Sequence record: MZ475892.1
Strand: one strand, 5' to 3'
Length of the DNA stretch: 64,000 bases
Shown here: in pieces, positions 27,401 to 36,006 of the stretch
How the letters are laid out: each line of letters opens with the position of its first letter
Position numbering within the stretch: position 1 is the stretch's first letter
Made by a program: the position numbers and the translations under genes
The notes under the pieces: model-generated
The model's input: only the letters and a program-made list of their open reading frames with translations
Databases searched by the model: none
Told to the model about the DNA's origin: nothing

Positions 27401-30322
27401 CATAACGTAGCTGAAATTGAAGCGGTTAACGAACTCAACAGCACCACGTACGCGAACACGCACACCACCAATGTCAACGTTGAACGTACCGGTCTGCAAG
27501 AAGCTCAGGCCAACGATGAAGAGGGTGTTCTGAGGAGCCTGCTTAATCACGTCGTACATACGGTCTTCACCCCAGGAGTTCACGGTGTCAGACGTAATAG
27601 GTACGGCGTTCCAACCATCAGCAATCTTGTGCAAGTCATCACACCAGTTCGATACGAGGTTGGTAGGGCAGATGATCAGAGGACGAATGTTCTCTTCACC
27701 TAGATCACTCAGCTCCTGAATGGTAGCAGCAATATCGGACAGACCGATGATTGTCTTACCACCGCCAGGCGCGATAAAGACTGTAGCGTAACGCGGACGA
27801 CGGCGAAGTGTTTTGTGCGCTTCTACCTGATGAGGTAAGAGTGCTGCACCAGCTTTGAGTCCAGGAATACGAATGTCTTCAATCGTGATACCCTGATCAG
27901 GCTTGAGGCGTTCAATCTCAGTTTCCGCAGATTCGAAGATCTCCAGAGACTTAGGAATGACAGCGCTATACATCTTGGAGAACGGCAGAATGATTTGCTG
28001 CAAACGTTCTGCGCCTGGCGCTTCGTCGCTTTCAACCAGAGAGCTAAACAGCTTCTTACGATCAGCATTGCCGATAGCAGCAGCCAGCTCACGATACAGC
28101 GCACCACCGAAGTAGTTGTTCAGTCTCGCCATGTCGCTGATTTTGGCAGTCTGACCCATCACAAAGTAATGCGTGTGATTAGGCAGAGACTCCATAGCAC
28201 CAGCAATGTCGCCGCTCATCTCAGTAACGGTAGTCGCTACCATGTTAGAGCCGCGCAGGCCAGATGCATCGTTGAGCACGCGCAGCATGATACGCATAGC
28301 AATCAGACCAGAATCACCCTGAGCCAGAGTAAAGTCATTCTCAATCAGACCCGCGTACAGGTTGTTGTCGAGAGAGCTTTCGGTCAGTGACGCGTTCTCT
28401 GCATCCATACCGATTGCAGCACGCGCTTGCTTGATCAGCGTAGGCAAATCAGGCACCAGCTTGTGGTTGAATGCGAAAGAATACGCAGCCACAGTCTGTG
28501 CGATGATGCTAACAAGGCCATCAACTTCCGAGTCTTCGGTAGTCGTGAACACGATGGTCTTGTCGTTGACGCTATCGATCAGTTTGCCTTTCGCAGCTTC
28601 CAGTTTAGCCGCCTGCAACAGCAGGTCATTAGCAACACGATACGAGGTCATGTTACCGCTAGACTGATTGCTCATGATGTTGCGGATAACGTTCGACGCT
28701 GAGCGGAAGTTAGGCGTTTCGCCAGGCTCTGCAAAGTCGTAACCCAGCATATCAGCAACGTCTAACGAGTTAGGCGCTTTCATACCGACAGTACGGGTTT
28801 CGTTAACCGACAGACCACCACCGTTCGAGGTGTTAACCACCAGCGCGAAGTCTGGGTCGACGCCGATACACACGTTGCTGAATCGCGTTAACGATTTGGC
28901 TTCCGCCTGCATCGAGTTATCGAAGTCGAGGTTGCCGTTCTGAATAGCGAAGATGTTGGTACGCAGCGTCTGGTGTTCAGTAGACAGCGGTACGCCTTTC
29001 GCAAACAGATGCTCCAGCACGCGGTTCAGTTCGGTTTCGTAGTTGCGCACCATCTCAACGTCAATGTCTTCACGGCGGGGCAACACAGACAGCGTACCGT
29101 TAGGCATGATGGTCAGATCGTTTTCATCTGCCACAACATCATGCACAGCGTAGCCGAACTTCTCACGCAGTTGTTTGAGCGCAGGCAGGCCAGTAGCAGA
29201 GGTAACGTAACGTGGGATACGCGCAGCACGCGTGATACCAGTACGAGTAGAACCACTGATACGGAAGTAATAGCTCGTCCAGCCCTGGAACCAACGATAC
29301 AGACACATGGTCTGAGTGTCAGCACCCTGAGAGATGTACTCAACCATCTCTTTGCTAAGGTTAACAATCAGGCCGCCTTCTGCACGAATGTCGGTAGCAA
29401 TTGCTACTTCGTTGAACTCCAGCGGATAGTCGTGGCTGATCTTCATCGCTTCGAGTTTGCGATCAATCATCTGCTTGCCTGGGATAGAGCGCAGGCCCAG
29501 AGTCATGAAGTCGCCGAGCGCATCAACAACGTCTTTGTCCAGATTACGGAACAGGTTGATATCCAGATTGTGCATCTTCGGGTGCACACCACGAAGCGCC
29601 GCATTGTAGATAGACCAGTCTTTGCCGAGAGGGATACGAACAACTTTGGTCTGGAACACGTTGGCGTTGGTACGCGCTTCACCGAAGATATCCTTGTACA
29701 GGGTCTTCGCGGCGTTGATAGCTGCCTGAGCAATGTCAGAGCTATACACCTGAATGTTCATCTGCTCAAAGTTAGAGTCGTTATCGACACGAGGACGATC
29801 ACTACCCTGACTGTTCGTAACGTTGAAGTTACCCGCACCAGCAGCTGGAGACTGCGGGCATGGCGTGCCTGACATGATAATGTCTTTGCCGCCTGGGTAC
29901 ACGGTACTGTTTTCGATGATAGCGCCTGAGGTGTTGCTCAAGTTTTCCGCTAACGCCGTTTTGATTTCACGCGACAGCTTACCGCTGTTCAGCAGCACCT
30001 GAATCTTGTTCGTGGACATGTCCACATATTGCTGCACACGCTTGGTGAACTCTTCTGGCGCTACTTCCAGAATGTCTTCGAACTCAGCACCATTACGGAT
30101 GATGTAGTTGAGCAAGTCGAATGCTGCATAGATACGGGCGACAGTTGACGCAGAGAACACGGCCAGTGTTTCATAGTGACGGCGTGCTTTGCCTGTCACG
30201 TACATCTTGGCCATGAGCTGCTCGGAGCCGAACGGTACAGGTTTTACCGCCAGCGCCTGATTAAAGCTATCAGCAATTTGCTGGGTCGCTGTGGCGGAGG
30301 TACTGATAATCTGATTCATCAT
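24488..30322 (-). CDS. Giant SNF2-family (SF2) helicase/translocase
   Basis: 1944 aa; LLPHQ, APGGGKT, LIICP, LDESHKVKN, ATGT, SEGHNMQ, WSPGTYDQSTARIFR; about 800 aa unassigned N-terminus. Confidence 0.9.
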   Translation of the reverse strand: MMNQIISTSATATQQIADSFNQALAVKPVPFGSEQLMAKMYVTGKARRHYETLAVFSASTVARIYAAFDLLNYIIRNGAEFEDILEVAPEEFTKRVQQYVDMSTNKIQVLLNSGKLSREIKTALAENLSNTSGAIIENSTVYPGGKDIIMSGTPCPQSPAAGAGNFNVTNSQGSDRPRVDNDSNFEQMNIQVYSSDIAQAAINAAKTLYKDIFGEARTNANVFQTKVVRIPLGKDWSIYNAALRGVHPKMHNLDINLFRNLDKDVVDALGDFMTLGLRSIPGKQMIDRKLEAMKISHDYPLEFNEVAIATDIRAEGGLIVNLSKEMVEYISQGADTQTMCLYRWFQGWTSYYFRISGSTRTGITRAARIPRYVTSATGLPALKQLREKFGYAVHDVVADENDLTIMPNGTLSVLPRREDIDVEMVRNYETELNRVLEHLFAKGVPLSTEHQTLRTNIFAIQNGNLDFDNSMQAEAKSLTRFSNVCIGVDPDFALVVNTSNGGGLSVNETRTVGMKAPNSLDVADMLGYDFAEPGETPNFRSASNVIRNIMSNQSSGNMTSYRVANDLLLQAAKLEAAKGKLIDSVNDKTIVFTTTEDSEVDGLVSIIAQTVAAYSFAFNHKLVPDLPTLIKQARAAIGMDAENASLTESSLDNNLYAGLIENDFTLAQGDSGLIAMRIMLRVLNDASGLRGSNMVATTVTEMSGDIAGAMESLPNHTHYFVMGQTAKISDMARLNNYFGGALYRELAAAIGNADRKKLFSSLVESDEAPGAERLQQIILPFSKMYSAVIPKSLEIFESAETEIERLKPDQGITIEDIRIPGLKAGAALLPHQVEAHKTLRRRPRYATVFIAPGGGKTIIGLSDIAATIQELSDLGEENIRPLIICPTNLVSNWCDDLHKIADGWNAVPITSDTVNSWGEDRMYDVIKQAPQNTLFIVGLSFLQTGTFNVDIGGVRVRVRGAVEFVNRFNFSYVMLDESHKVKNFSGGQSGSQVHFNTKAVFTAPSVRYARIATGTLVTDRVRDIVGQAALMTPAMFGDSLDVAYDGAKDDIEMIRRAHSRMSNHTAFISFKRKNWAFMLPNPIDTFIQVEIDDPTVPNSSLHQEVYNAMYAQVLEKLQEAANNAKRRAASAGEDDEEDGAEATASDDIDEDDIEEGDDLGALLAGNADLNMYFQRMEMMLTDPMGDDVARLTFENAGVTKFVSAKVLTIIERIRKHFEVQPERDPLVKEQQIFNWTQGVTPRELDMAVYQGQKYLARKQSEEFQRQTLPPSMVPPPEDPDYWKPEVQGKLIVFTRYTRAANAIYNSLPENYKKVAVVYHGEVGKLGQNKEANLDAFKTDDRVQILIANEQAISEGHNMQMGSRIIRCDTPWSPGTYDQSTARIFRPDVAAAVLDENGKPGDMKREAVFIDWVMTNKTLEVGKVARLMWKTLEKTRFDEKGNQRYEKLDQYQLAPIKMNASLLIDNNTMEDFKPYFLAKRDLNDIEAQEFQEMRKTTIAAMQPLPATPALRDFRIMEQVPIVANQKIPDRHNWGLERLLDWARNQNFSSGENVKDALNRAPVVTEFGNGIIVSVTVRTADGKLRADSPISTVRVRLAGGEEIVTVPANKVHYAGKVSPADLKRFFEVRKPWATAKDRKRVEAEAKRVEVEDTVTDETQTADSKATEKKVEAQERKNARVTQRKANKEEGKPINEGVEQAAARVRRRKAAELPPLDNKVRKAVRGAAVTLDDGTDMSLELTPTVYNGFVALYADATDPDAKALKDFEFTEFGDYVYIDCAYYSDFEKFLDFIEAKKLDFDGPSSRRLEFVQDFFDESTPKLSFNYQLAVKAQSQLKQFFQIRHTSAKDVKHIKAYPMVMEDRLRIMFDLATNPKVKRFVGTKIPNTRKFGTFSLSSGMWISFVKNVAGAKARINRIQKAGYSIPNMKQCLAALTKLKLTASKDKSV

Positions 30323-30816
30323 TCACCCAGTTTAGTGTAGTTGTCAATCACTGACTGCCACAAAGCAGGCACCTGAAGGCGACGATCAGCAGCAATGTCC
30401 GAGAGAGTCATTGCCAATGCGTAGGCACGCAGAGGTTTGAGTCCTTCAAACTTATCACGAGTGAACACCGAACCTAATTGCTCGTTGGTCAGTTCGTTAT
30501 ACTGCTCGCGGTATTCTGCACGATACTTAACGTAGTTACCGTCATCAACAGGAGTGGTGTCAGGCGCGGACTGTGCGAATTGAATCGTCTTAGCCATAGC
30601 ATCCATCAACAGCAGAAGGTCTGCTTGATCGTATGGCGAAATGTCAGGTACGCCAGCTTTACCCAAAAGGTCCACAACTGATTGCGGCAATTGGATAGGC
30701 TCACGCGAATCTGACACGGACTGCATAATCCCTTGAGCTGCACCAGCGTAGCGTTTATCACTACCAGCCAGTTCAGCCAAGAGAGAAACGAGTCGTGCGT
30801 TAATCTCTAAACTCAC
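30319..30816 (-). CDS. Hypothetical protein
   Basis: 165 aa; GTG start with AGGAG RBS; ATGA overlap with SNF2. Confidence 0.7.
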   Translation of the reverse strand: MSLEINARLVSLLAELAGSDKRYAGAAQGIMQSVSDSREPIQLPQSVVDLLGKAGVPDISPYDQADLLLLMDAMAKTIQFAQSAPDTTPVDDGNYVKYRAEYREQYNELTNEQLGSVFTRDKFEGLKPLRAYALAMTLSDIAADRRLQVPALWQSVIDNYTKLGE

Positions 30817-30826
30817 GGTGATTCTC

Positions 30827-31609
30827 CTAAGTAAAAATGCTCTTGACCAAACTGTTGAGTTTCTTCTCTACGGCAGTGCGCTTGTGAGAAGTCAAAAAAC
30901 AGCACAGTCTGCGAGACTGTAAGTGCAACGCAAAAGCATTACCCTTAACGCGCATACAGCTAATCCCCAGGTCCAGATTCCATGGATGCCACTGACGCGG
31001 TAATAACATGGCTTGCTGAATCGCCGGATAAGTGTCCGTAACAACAGGCGAAGGGGACTTTGCAAGTTTCTGAGTCAAATTATCAGTCTTGAACAAAGCC
31101 TTAGGCTGTTTGTTAGAAAACCAGTAAGGAACCTGTCTGTGGAGTATCTCACCCACTTTAGGGATTCCTGTGCGATTAGTCTGCGGCACGTATACCAAGT
31201 ATATATCAACTGTCGTGTTAATGCAATTGGCTACGCGATTAAAATCGCTGGTGGTTCGTGAGTGCACCTCAGCAAGACGAAACTTGCTATTGAACTCAAT
31301 ACGTTGCAGCCAGCGTTTCAGATCTGTCTGTTGCAGTTTAAGCAGCGCACGCGCACTATCGATTGAATGACGAGTGACACGCGGCACAGGACGAATCAAA
31401 TACTTTGTGCTGGTGCGAGACAGAGAAGACAGGAAGCCATCAACAACACGTTCCATGCCAAGAGGCTGTGGCAGCGAGTTGAACAAATCTACCGCTGTTT
31501 GTGTTGAGATGTACGATCCCCAAGCATCAAGATACTCAGGGTCTACGCAATCGGGGAAGTTCCGCAGATCGAGACCGACAGCAGAACCATAGGCTTTCAA
31601 ACGACTCAC
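30827..31609 (-). CDS. Hypothetical protein
   Basis: 260 aa; GGAGG RBS. Confidence 0.65.
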   Translation of the reverse strand: MSRLKAYGSAVGLDLRNFPDCVDPEYLDAWGSYISTQTAVDLFNSLPQPLGMERVVDGFLSSLSRTSTKYLIRPVPRVTRHSIDSARALLKLQQTDLKRWLQRIEFNSKFRLAEVHSRTTSDFNRVANCINTTVDIYLVYVPQTNRTGIPKVGEILHRQVPYWFSNKQPKALFKTDNLTQKLAKSPSPVVTDTYPAIQQAMLLPRQWHPWNLDLGISCMRVKGNAFALHLQSRRLCCFLTSHKRTAVEKKLNSLVKSIFT

Positions 31610-31971
31610 CGTCTACCTCCATGAAGCAACTTCGAACCTCTTCGGTTCGCTGAGCCTATCTGGTTATTATCACAATCATGGCATAGCAACTCCAGATTGT
31701 GTTTGAGATTGCTTCCACCACGTGAGTGGGGAACTTTGTGGTTAAGAATCAGTTGTGGTGTGCGCTTACCGCAACGTTCGCACGCTTGACCACGCTCATC
31801 GATGATCTGCATTTTGAATGCGTGCCACTCTGAACGGTCCATACGAACATGCGTACCAGCACGCGCACGCTCCATACCTGAAACACCAGCAAGGCGTTGA
31901 GTAGTAGACAGGCTACGACCCCGACCGCCATTCTGTCTTGCAGCGATACCGCCACGCGCTCTATATACCAT
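31606..31971 (-). CDS. HNH endonuclease
   Basis: CERC...NHKVPHSRGGSN...NLELLCHDC; GGAGG RBS. Confidence 0.88.
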   Translation of the reverse strand: MVYRARGGIAARQNGGRGRSLSTTQRLAGVSGMERARAGTHVRMDRSEWHAFKMQIIDERGQACERCGKRTPQLILNHKVPHSRGGSNLKHNLELLCHDCDNNQIGSANRRGSKLLHGGRR

Positions 31972-32004
31972 GAGAACCTCCTACAGTTTATTTTACAGTT
32001 GTTT

Positions 32005-32826
32005 TTATGCTGAGGAGCTGAATATCTCAACTGTTTTATTCAAGCCCGCCTGGTACGCCATCTCAATGTCTTTGGCAGCGTTACGGATAATCTGCGTAAC
32101 AGCAGCATCGGCTTTGGCGATCTCTTCGATAGCGAGGTTCTTTTTGTTCCACGCTTTGATCAGATGGTTAACACCAACAAGAATCGTACCAGCAGACTCT
32201 GCAAATGGGCCCATAACTTCGGCATTAAGGATTTCAGCAAGCTGGGAAACGTCACGCAACGCACGAAGGTCAGCAATGATCTCACGCATCTGATTGTATA
32301 GCTGCATCAGCGCATAAATGTCACGGCTTTGTTTTTTGTCGCGGTAGTTCTCCTCACAGATACGAGCCATAGACTGACACTGACCAAACATTGTCATGTA
32401 CTCGGCGATCTGTTCATTCTCTTGCTTGATAACGTCAGGTACTTCTGACAGCACTTCCATCAGTTCGCCTTCTAAGGCAACGAGGTCAGTACCACCCATA
32501 GACTTGACTTTCTTTTTCTTCTTCGCCTCTTTGATTGTCTCAACGGCGTTAGTTTTCTTTTTCTTTTTCTTCGCTTTCTTTTCTTCTTTCACGGCCAATG
32601 CTTTCTGTGTGGCCGCAATATCCGCATACATCTCATCGGCATCAATGCGCGTAGGCATAATGTCTTTCGAGCTATCGGATTTCTTTTTCTTTTTAACCTT
32701 CACGCCTTTGCTAACTGTCTTAGCTTTCTTGACGGAAGTCTTTGCCTTCACCGTCGCCTTCTTTTTCTTCTTGACAGGAAGAGGCTGAGCGTGTGAGCCA
32801 ATGTCGTCCAAGCTTATGGCTGGCAT
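32005..32826 (-). CDS. Poly-Lys N-terminus plus helical C-terminal domain; possible terminase small subunit or DNA-binding protein
   Basis: Multiple K4-K6 tracts; adjacent to HNH in the head block; function is inference only. Confidence 0.35.
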   Translation of the reverse strand: MPAISLDDIGSHAQPLPVKKKKKATVKAKTSVKKAKTVSKGVKVKKKKKSDSSKDIMPTRIDADEMYADIAATQKALAVKEEKKAKKKKKKTNAVETIKEAKKKKKVKSMGGTDLVALEGELMEVLSEVPDVIKQENEQIAEYMTMFGQCQSMARICEENYRDKKQSRDIYALMQLYNQMREIIADLRALRDVSQLAEILNAEVMGPFAESAGTILVGVNHLIKAWNKKNLAIEEIAKADAAVTQIIRNAAKDIEMAYQAGLNKTVEIFSSSA

Positions 32827-32850
32827 AGTGAAATCCTCTGAGGAAATGAA

Positions 32851-32876
32851 AAAGGGAACCCTGTTAGGCTCCCTTT
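32851..32876 (-). terminator. Intrinsic terminator
   Basis: AAAGGGAGCC-TAACAG-GGTTCCCTTT-TT. Confidence 0.75.
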
Positions 32877-32884
32877 AGGGTTTG

Positions 32885-33685
32885 TTAGAAGCTGTGTGCG
32901 CGAATACGATCAGCCAGAAGCGAGAAGTATTCAGGGCTGTAGCGATATACCTTAGCGTAGTAGTCGAGCAGCTTAGGCACATCAACACCAGCAGCGGCAG
33001 ACACGCTATCCAGCGCAGGGAACTGGCGCTCGTCAAGCTCATCGCTCGGCAGCACAGCTACCATTGAAGCTGAGGTGATTTGTTCGTTGTTACCTTCGAA
33101 GTCAACAACAAGGAAGCTGTTGTCGTCAGTAACACGCGCAGCAACGAAGCCAACAGTCAACGCACCAGACGCAGACACGAAGCTAATCATGTCACCGCCC
33201 TGAGCACCAGCACGGTCAGCAGCGTTAGCAGACAGAGCCTGGGCAACTTCTGGCAGACGTGCGTTCAGGTTGAAAGCAGCAGCACCAGACACAGAGCGAA
33301 TCATATCGATCAGGTCGGCGTTATCGTTTGCTTCTGACTGGCGTACCAGAACATCTTCACCGCTTTCAGATTTGCGAACAGCCCACATGCGCTCTTGTTT
33401 GTCCATGTACATGTTCTTGGACAGAGCCTGGAACTCATCGCCCATCTGAGCAACAGGAACGATATCCTGCATGCGGGTCAGAATGGTACGAACGAAGCTG
33501 GAGGTTTTACCCTGCTCAATCATCGAGGTCGCACCCTGAACAGGCATGAACTCGCGATCACAGGAAGCGCTCACGATAGCACCGAAGTTATCGGTAATAT
33601 CTTCGTTTGGGGTATGTGTAACTTGCACGATGGCCACACTCTGGGTGTCGTTGAGCTGGTCAATCTGCTTGATGAAAGCGTCCAT
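32885..33685 (-). CDS. Putative virion structural protein
   Basis: Start moved to ATG 33685 (AGGAG RBS); late-class motif upstream. Confidence 0.6.
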   Translation of the reverse strand: MDAFIKQIDQLNDTQSVAIVQVTHTPNEDITDNFGAIVSASCDREFMPVQGATSMIEQGKTSSFVRTILTRMQDIVPVAQMGDEFQALSKNMYMDKQERMWAVRKSESGEDVLVRQSEANDNADLIDMIRSVSGAAAFNLNARLPEVAQALSANAADRAGAQGGDMISFVSASGALTVGFVAARVTDDNSFLVVDFEGNNEQITSASMVAVLPSDELDERQFPALDSVSAAAGVDVPKLLDYYAKVYRYSPEYFSLLADRIRAHSF

Positions 33686-33715
33686 TGTCATCTCCTGGGA
33701 TATGTTTGACAATAT

Positions 33716-33723
33716 GAAATTAG
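33716..33723 (-). promoter_or_regulatory. Putative late-class promoter motif CTAATTTC
   Basis: 31 bp upstream of ATG 33685, intergenic. Confidence 0.5.
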
Positions 33724-33734
33724 TATTTCGAGGG

Positions 33735-34898
33735 TTACCTGGTCACGCTGTAACGCGCATTTACCCAGATACTTCGGTTACCAACAGTTGCCCACTTGGT
33801 AGTAGGAGCGTTTGTGATGCCGAGCTTGCCGAGAGAACGCGCGCCATCGATAGCACCAGAACCCTGAGAACCATCACCATCGTTGATACCAGCTTTCGAC
33901 AGTTTGTTCTTCAAGTTGGTGACAGGACCTTGTATCTGTGTTTCGATTCTGCCTAAAGCAGCTTCGATAGCAGGGGTGCGGTCCATATTGAGGTTGACTA
34001 CTTGCCCAGTGAAGTCAAAGGCCATACTGCCCTCTGCTTGCAACTGAGCGGCGAGCGCATAGTAACACGCACACGTTAGCCAACCATCAAGTATTGTACC
34101 TTGCATGTTCGTACCACTAAAGCCCGTAACACGAGGGCCTACCATGTTGAACAGCGCAAGGCCACGATAGAGATAACCAATCAGATCAGCCTGAGTATAT
34201 TCCAACTCAGGTATCACGTTAAACGCACGCGCTTTGTTGATGTGGTCTTCGACAAAGGAAGCAGCGAGCAACACTTGAGGAGTGATTACCCACAGCTTAT
34301 ACGTGTACATCTTGGTTGTCTTACGTGTCGCAGAAGTGTGTGAGGCGATAAGCGAGATAGGTTCGAGGCGACGAGTCGCTACCCATACAGGCACTTTGAA
34401 CACGCAGGTATCAGCGCGATTCACAATCATCTTAACACCTGCATCGCTGGAACTAATGTCCGTCGCAATGATTTGGTTGTTGAGAGACAACTGGAAGCGC
34501 AGCTTATCACCACGAGTATCAAAATGAAAAGGCAACGTTAGCTCAAACGTTTCTTCATCGCCAAACAAACACACAATGTCTGTTACACGGTTTTCAGTCA
34601 GAGGCTCAACGGTCAGTTCTTGGCGCGACTGCACGAGTCCCTCTTCGGACTCATATCGCCATGAGACAGTCAGACGTTTAGCGTCCGTAAGCCCCATGTT
34701 AGGAACTGCAAGGTCTGCGGTCCAATAGCCAGGCACTTCACCTGTTGTGGCAACCACTTGAGCAAGCACAGAACGATCTGAGGGATCGATGAGCGTTACC
34801 ACAGGCCCCATGTCGTCTGACTGAGGATAAATCGGTTCGTCTAGATCATTGAAGAAACCTTCCTCAATGACCAATACGTTACCTTCAACAGTGCGCAT
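33735..34898 (-). CDS. Putative head-tail adaptor/neck-like structural protein
   Basis: Start moved to ATG 34898; two beta-rich N-terminal domains plus a helical C-terminus (YTQADLIGYLYRGL...FDFTGQVVNLNMDR) reminiscent of neck proteins. Confidence 0.4.
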   Translation of the reverse strand: MRTVEGNVLVIEEGFFNDLDEPIYPQSDDMGPVVTLIDPSDRSVLAQVVATTGEVPGYWTADLAVPNMGLTDAKRLTVSWRYESEEGLVQSRQELTVEPLTENRVTDIVCLFGDEETFELTLPFHFDTRGDKLRFQLSLNNQIIATDISSSDAGVKMIVNRADTCVFKVPVWVATRRLEPISLIASHTSATRKTTKMYTYKLWVITPQVLLAASFVEDHINKARAFNVIPELEYTQADLIGYLYRGLALFNMVGPRVTGFSGTNMQGTILDGWLTCACYYALAAQLQAEGSMAFDFTGQVVNLNMDRTPAIEAALGRIETQIQGPVTNLKNKLSKAGINDGDGSQGSGAIDGARSLGKLGITNAPTTKWATVGNRSIWVNARYSVTR

Positions 34899-34899
34899 A

Positions 34900-36006
34900 T
34901 CAACCTGCCTTAGTGAGTCCCAGGTACTCAATTAAATTGCGTAGCTGGTCATTGAACCCACCGGATATAAGCGCTCTCGCCATATTCAAGTGATTCGAAG
35001 AAACTGCACGCACAACCTTAGCCTGATACTCTGGAACGTTTTGCATGTTCTGAGTCAGGTTGTAGAAATAGCTGCGCACAAAGTTAGTTCGCTCCACATT
35101 GCTCGCTTCCATATCAGACGTATCTTGCGTCGGAGTAAGAAGCATATACAGGGCAGCAAGCAGTTCAGGAGTCGGGTCAACAATCTGCGATGCGATAGCG
35201 GCACTAAGTTTCATCATGCCTTTCGCAACGAAGTCCGCGACAGTTTTGTCGATATACTCGGTGCCAGACTTGCCTACGTTCGGAAGATACAGTTTCGGCA
35301 GAATGTACATGCAGAAGTAAAGAGGGAAGTCTTTACGCATAACGTCCGAGATAAGCATCTCTGAATAGTCTTTCCAGATGTTCACGTTGTAGTGCCATTC
35401 ATCGTACGGCACAGTGCGCATCAGGTTAGACACACTCAGGTCGAGCACCTGATTGGCTGTCGTAGCCAAGTCGATGTAGTTCGCGGCAGGCGAAAGGGAC
35501 GCACTCGAAACCAATTGAACGTAGTTACGAGTCACAGCACCAACAGTGTTATAGATAACATTGAGGAACTCAAGTCCGTTGCCGTTAAGCGCAAACAACA
35601 CAGAGCGAGGTAGACCGACAGTCAGGTATTCGTTATTGTCAGCTACACCCCATAAACGCCAATAGCGCCCACGACCAAGCTGCGTCAGAGGTTGAGGCAG
35701 CACGCGGTTGGGGCGCGGCTTGAGGCAAAACGTGAAGCAGATACCGCTGTCAATCATGATCACTGAATCATCGGGGCGATTCGAGTAACCCATCGACATT
35801 TGATTGTCGGTACTGAATACGTTAACCAGAGTGAAGTTCAGGGCTTTGGTGAAAGGCATCTGAGCTTCAATTATCTGGGAGATGACTTGACGCAAGATAG
35901 TGTCAAGCACATAAGGAGAAGCACTTCGCATTTGTTGCGGTCGATACTGACCACCGAAAGTGCTTTCCTTGAATGTGCGATCTACCTTGTAGTGGGTCAT
36001 TGCCAT
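34900..36006 (-). CDS. Hypothetical protein, probably virion-associated
   Basis: 368 aa; translationally coupled in the late operon. Confidence 0.65.
   Translation of the reverse strand: MAMTHYKVDRTFKESTFGGQYRPQQMRSASPYVLDTILRQVISQIIEAQMPFTKALNFTLVNVFSTDNQMSMGYSNRPDDSVIMIDSGICFTFCLKPRPNRVLPQPLTQLGRGRYWRLWGVADNNEYLTVGLPRSVLFALNGNGLEFLNVIYNTVGAVTRNYVQLVSSASLSPAANYIDLATTANQVLDLSVSNLMRTVPYDEWHYNVNIWKDYSEMLISDVMRKDFPLYFCMYILPKLYLPNVGKSGTEYIDKTVADFVAKGMMKLSAAIASQIVDPTPELLAALYMLLTPTQDTSDMEASNVERTNFVRSYFYNLTQNMQNVPEYQAKVVRAVSSNHLNMARALISGGFNDQLRNLIEYLGLTKAG

Noticed and set aside
24776-29872. Long plus-strand ORFs antisense to SNF2 (e.g. 24776..25681, 28973..29872)
   Set aside because: Shadow frames produced by the strong codon bias of the minus-strand gene; no RBS, no motifs and non-protein-like composition
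19119-30322. Inteins or group I introns in PolA, the helicases or SNF2
   Set aside because: The reading frames are continuous and conserved motifs are normally spaced; no C/S...HN splice motifs or LAGLIDADG blocks were seen
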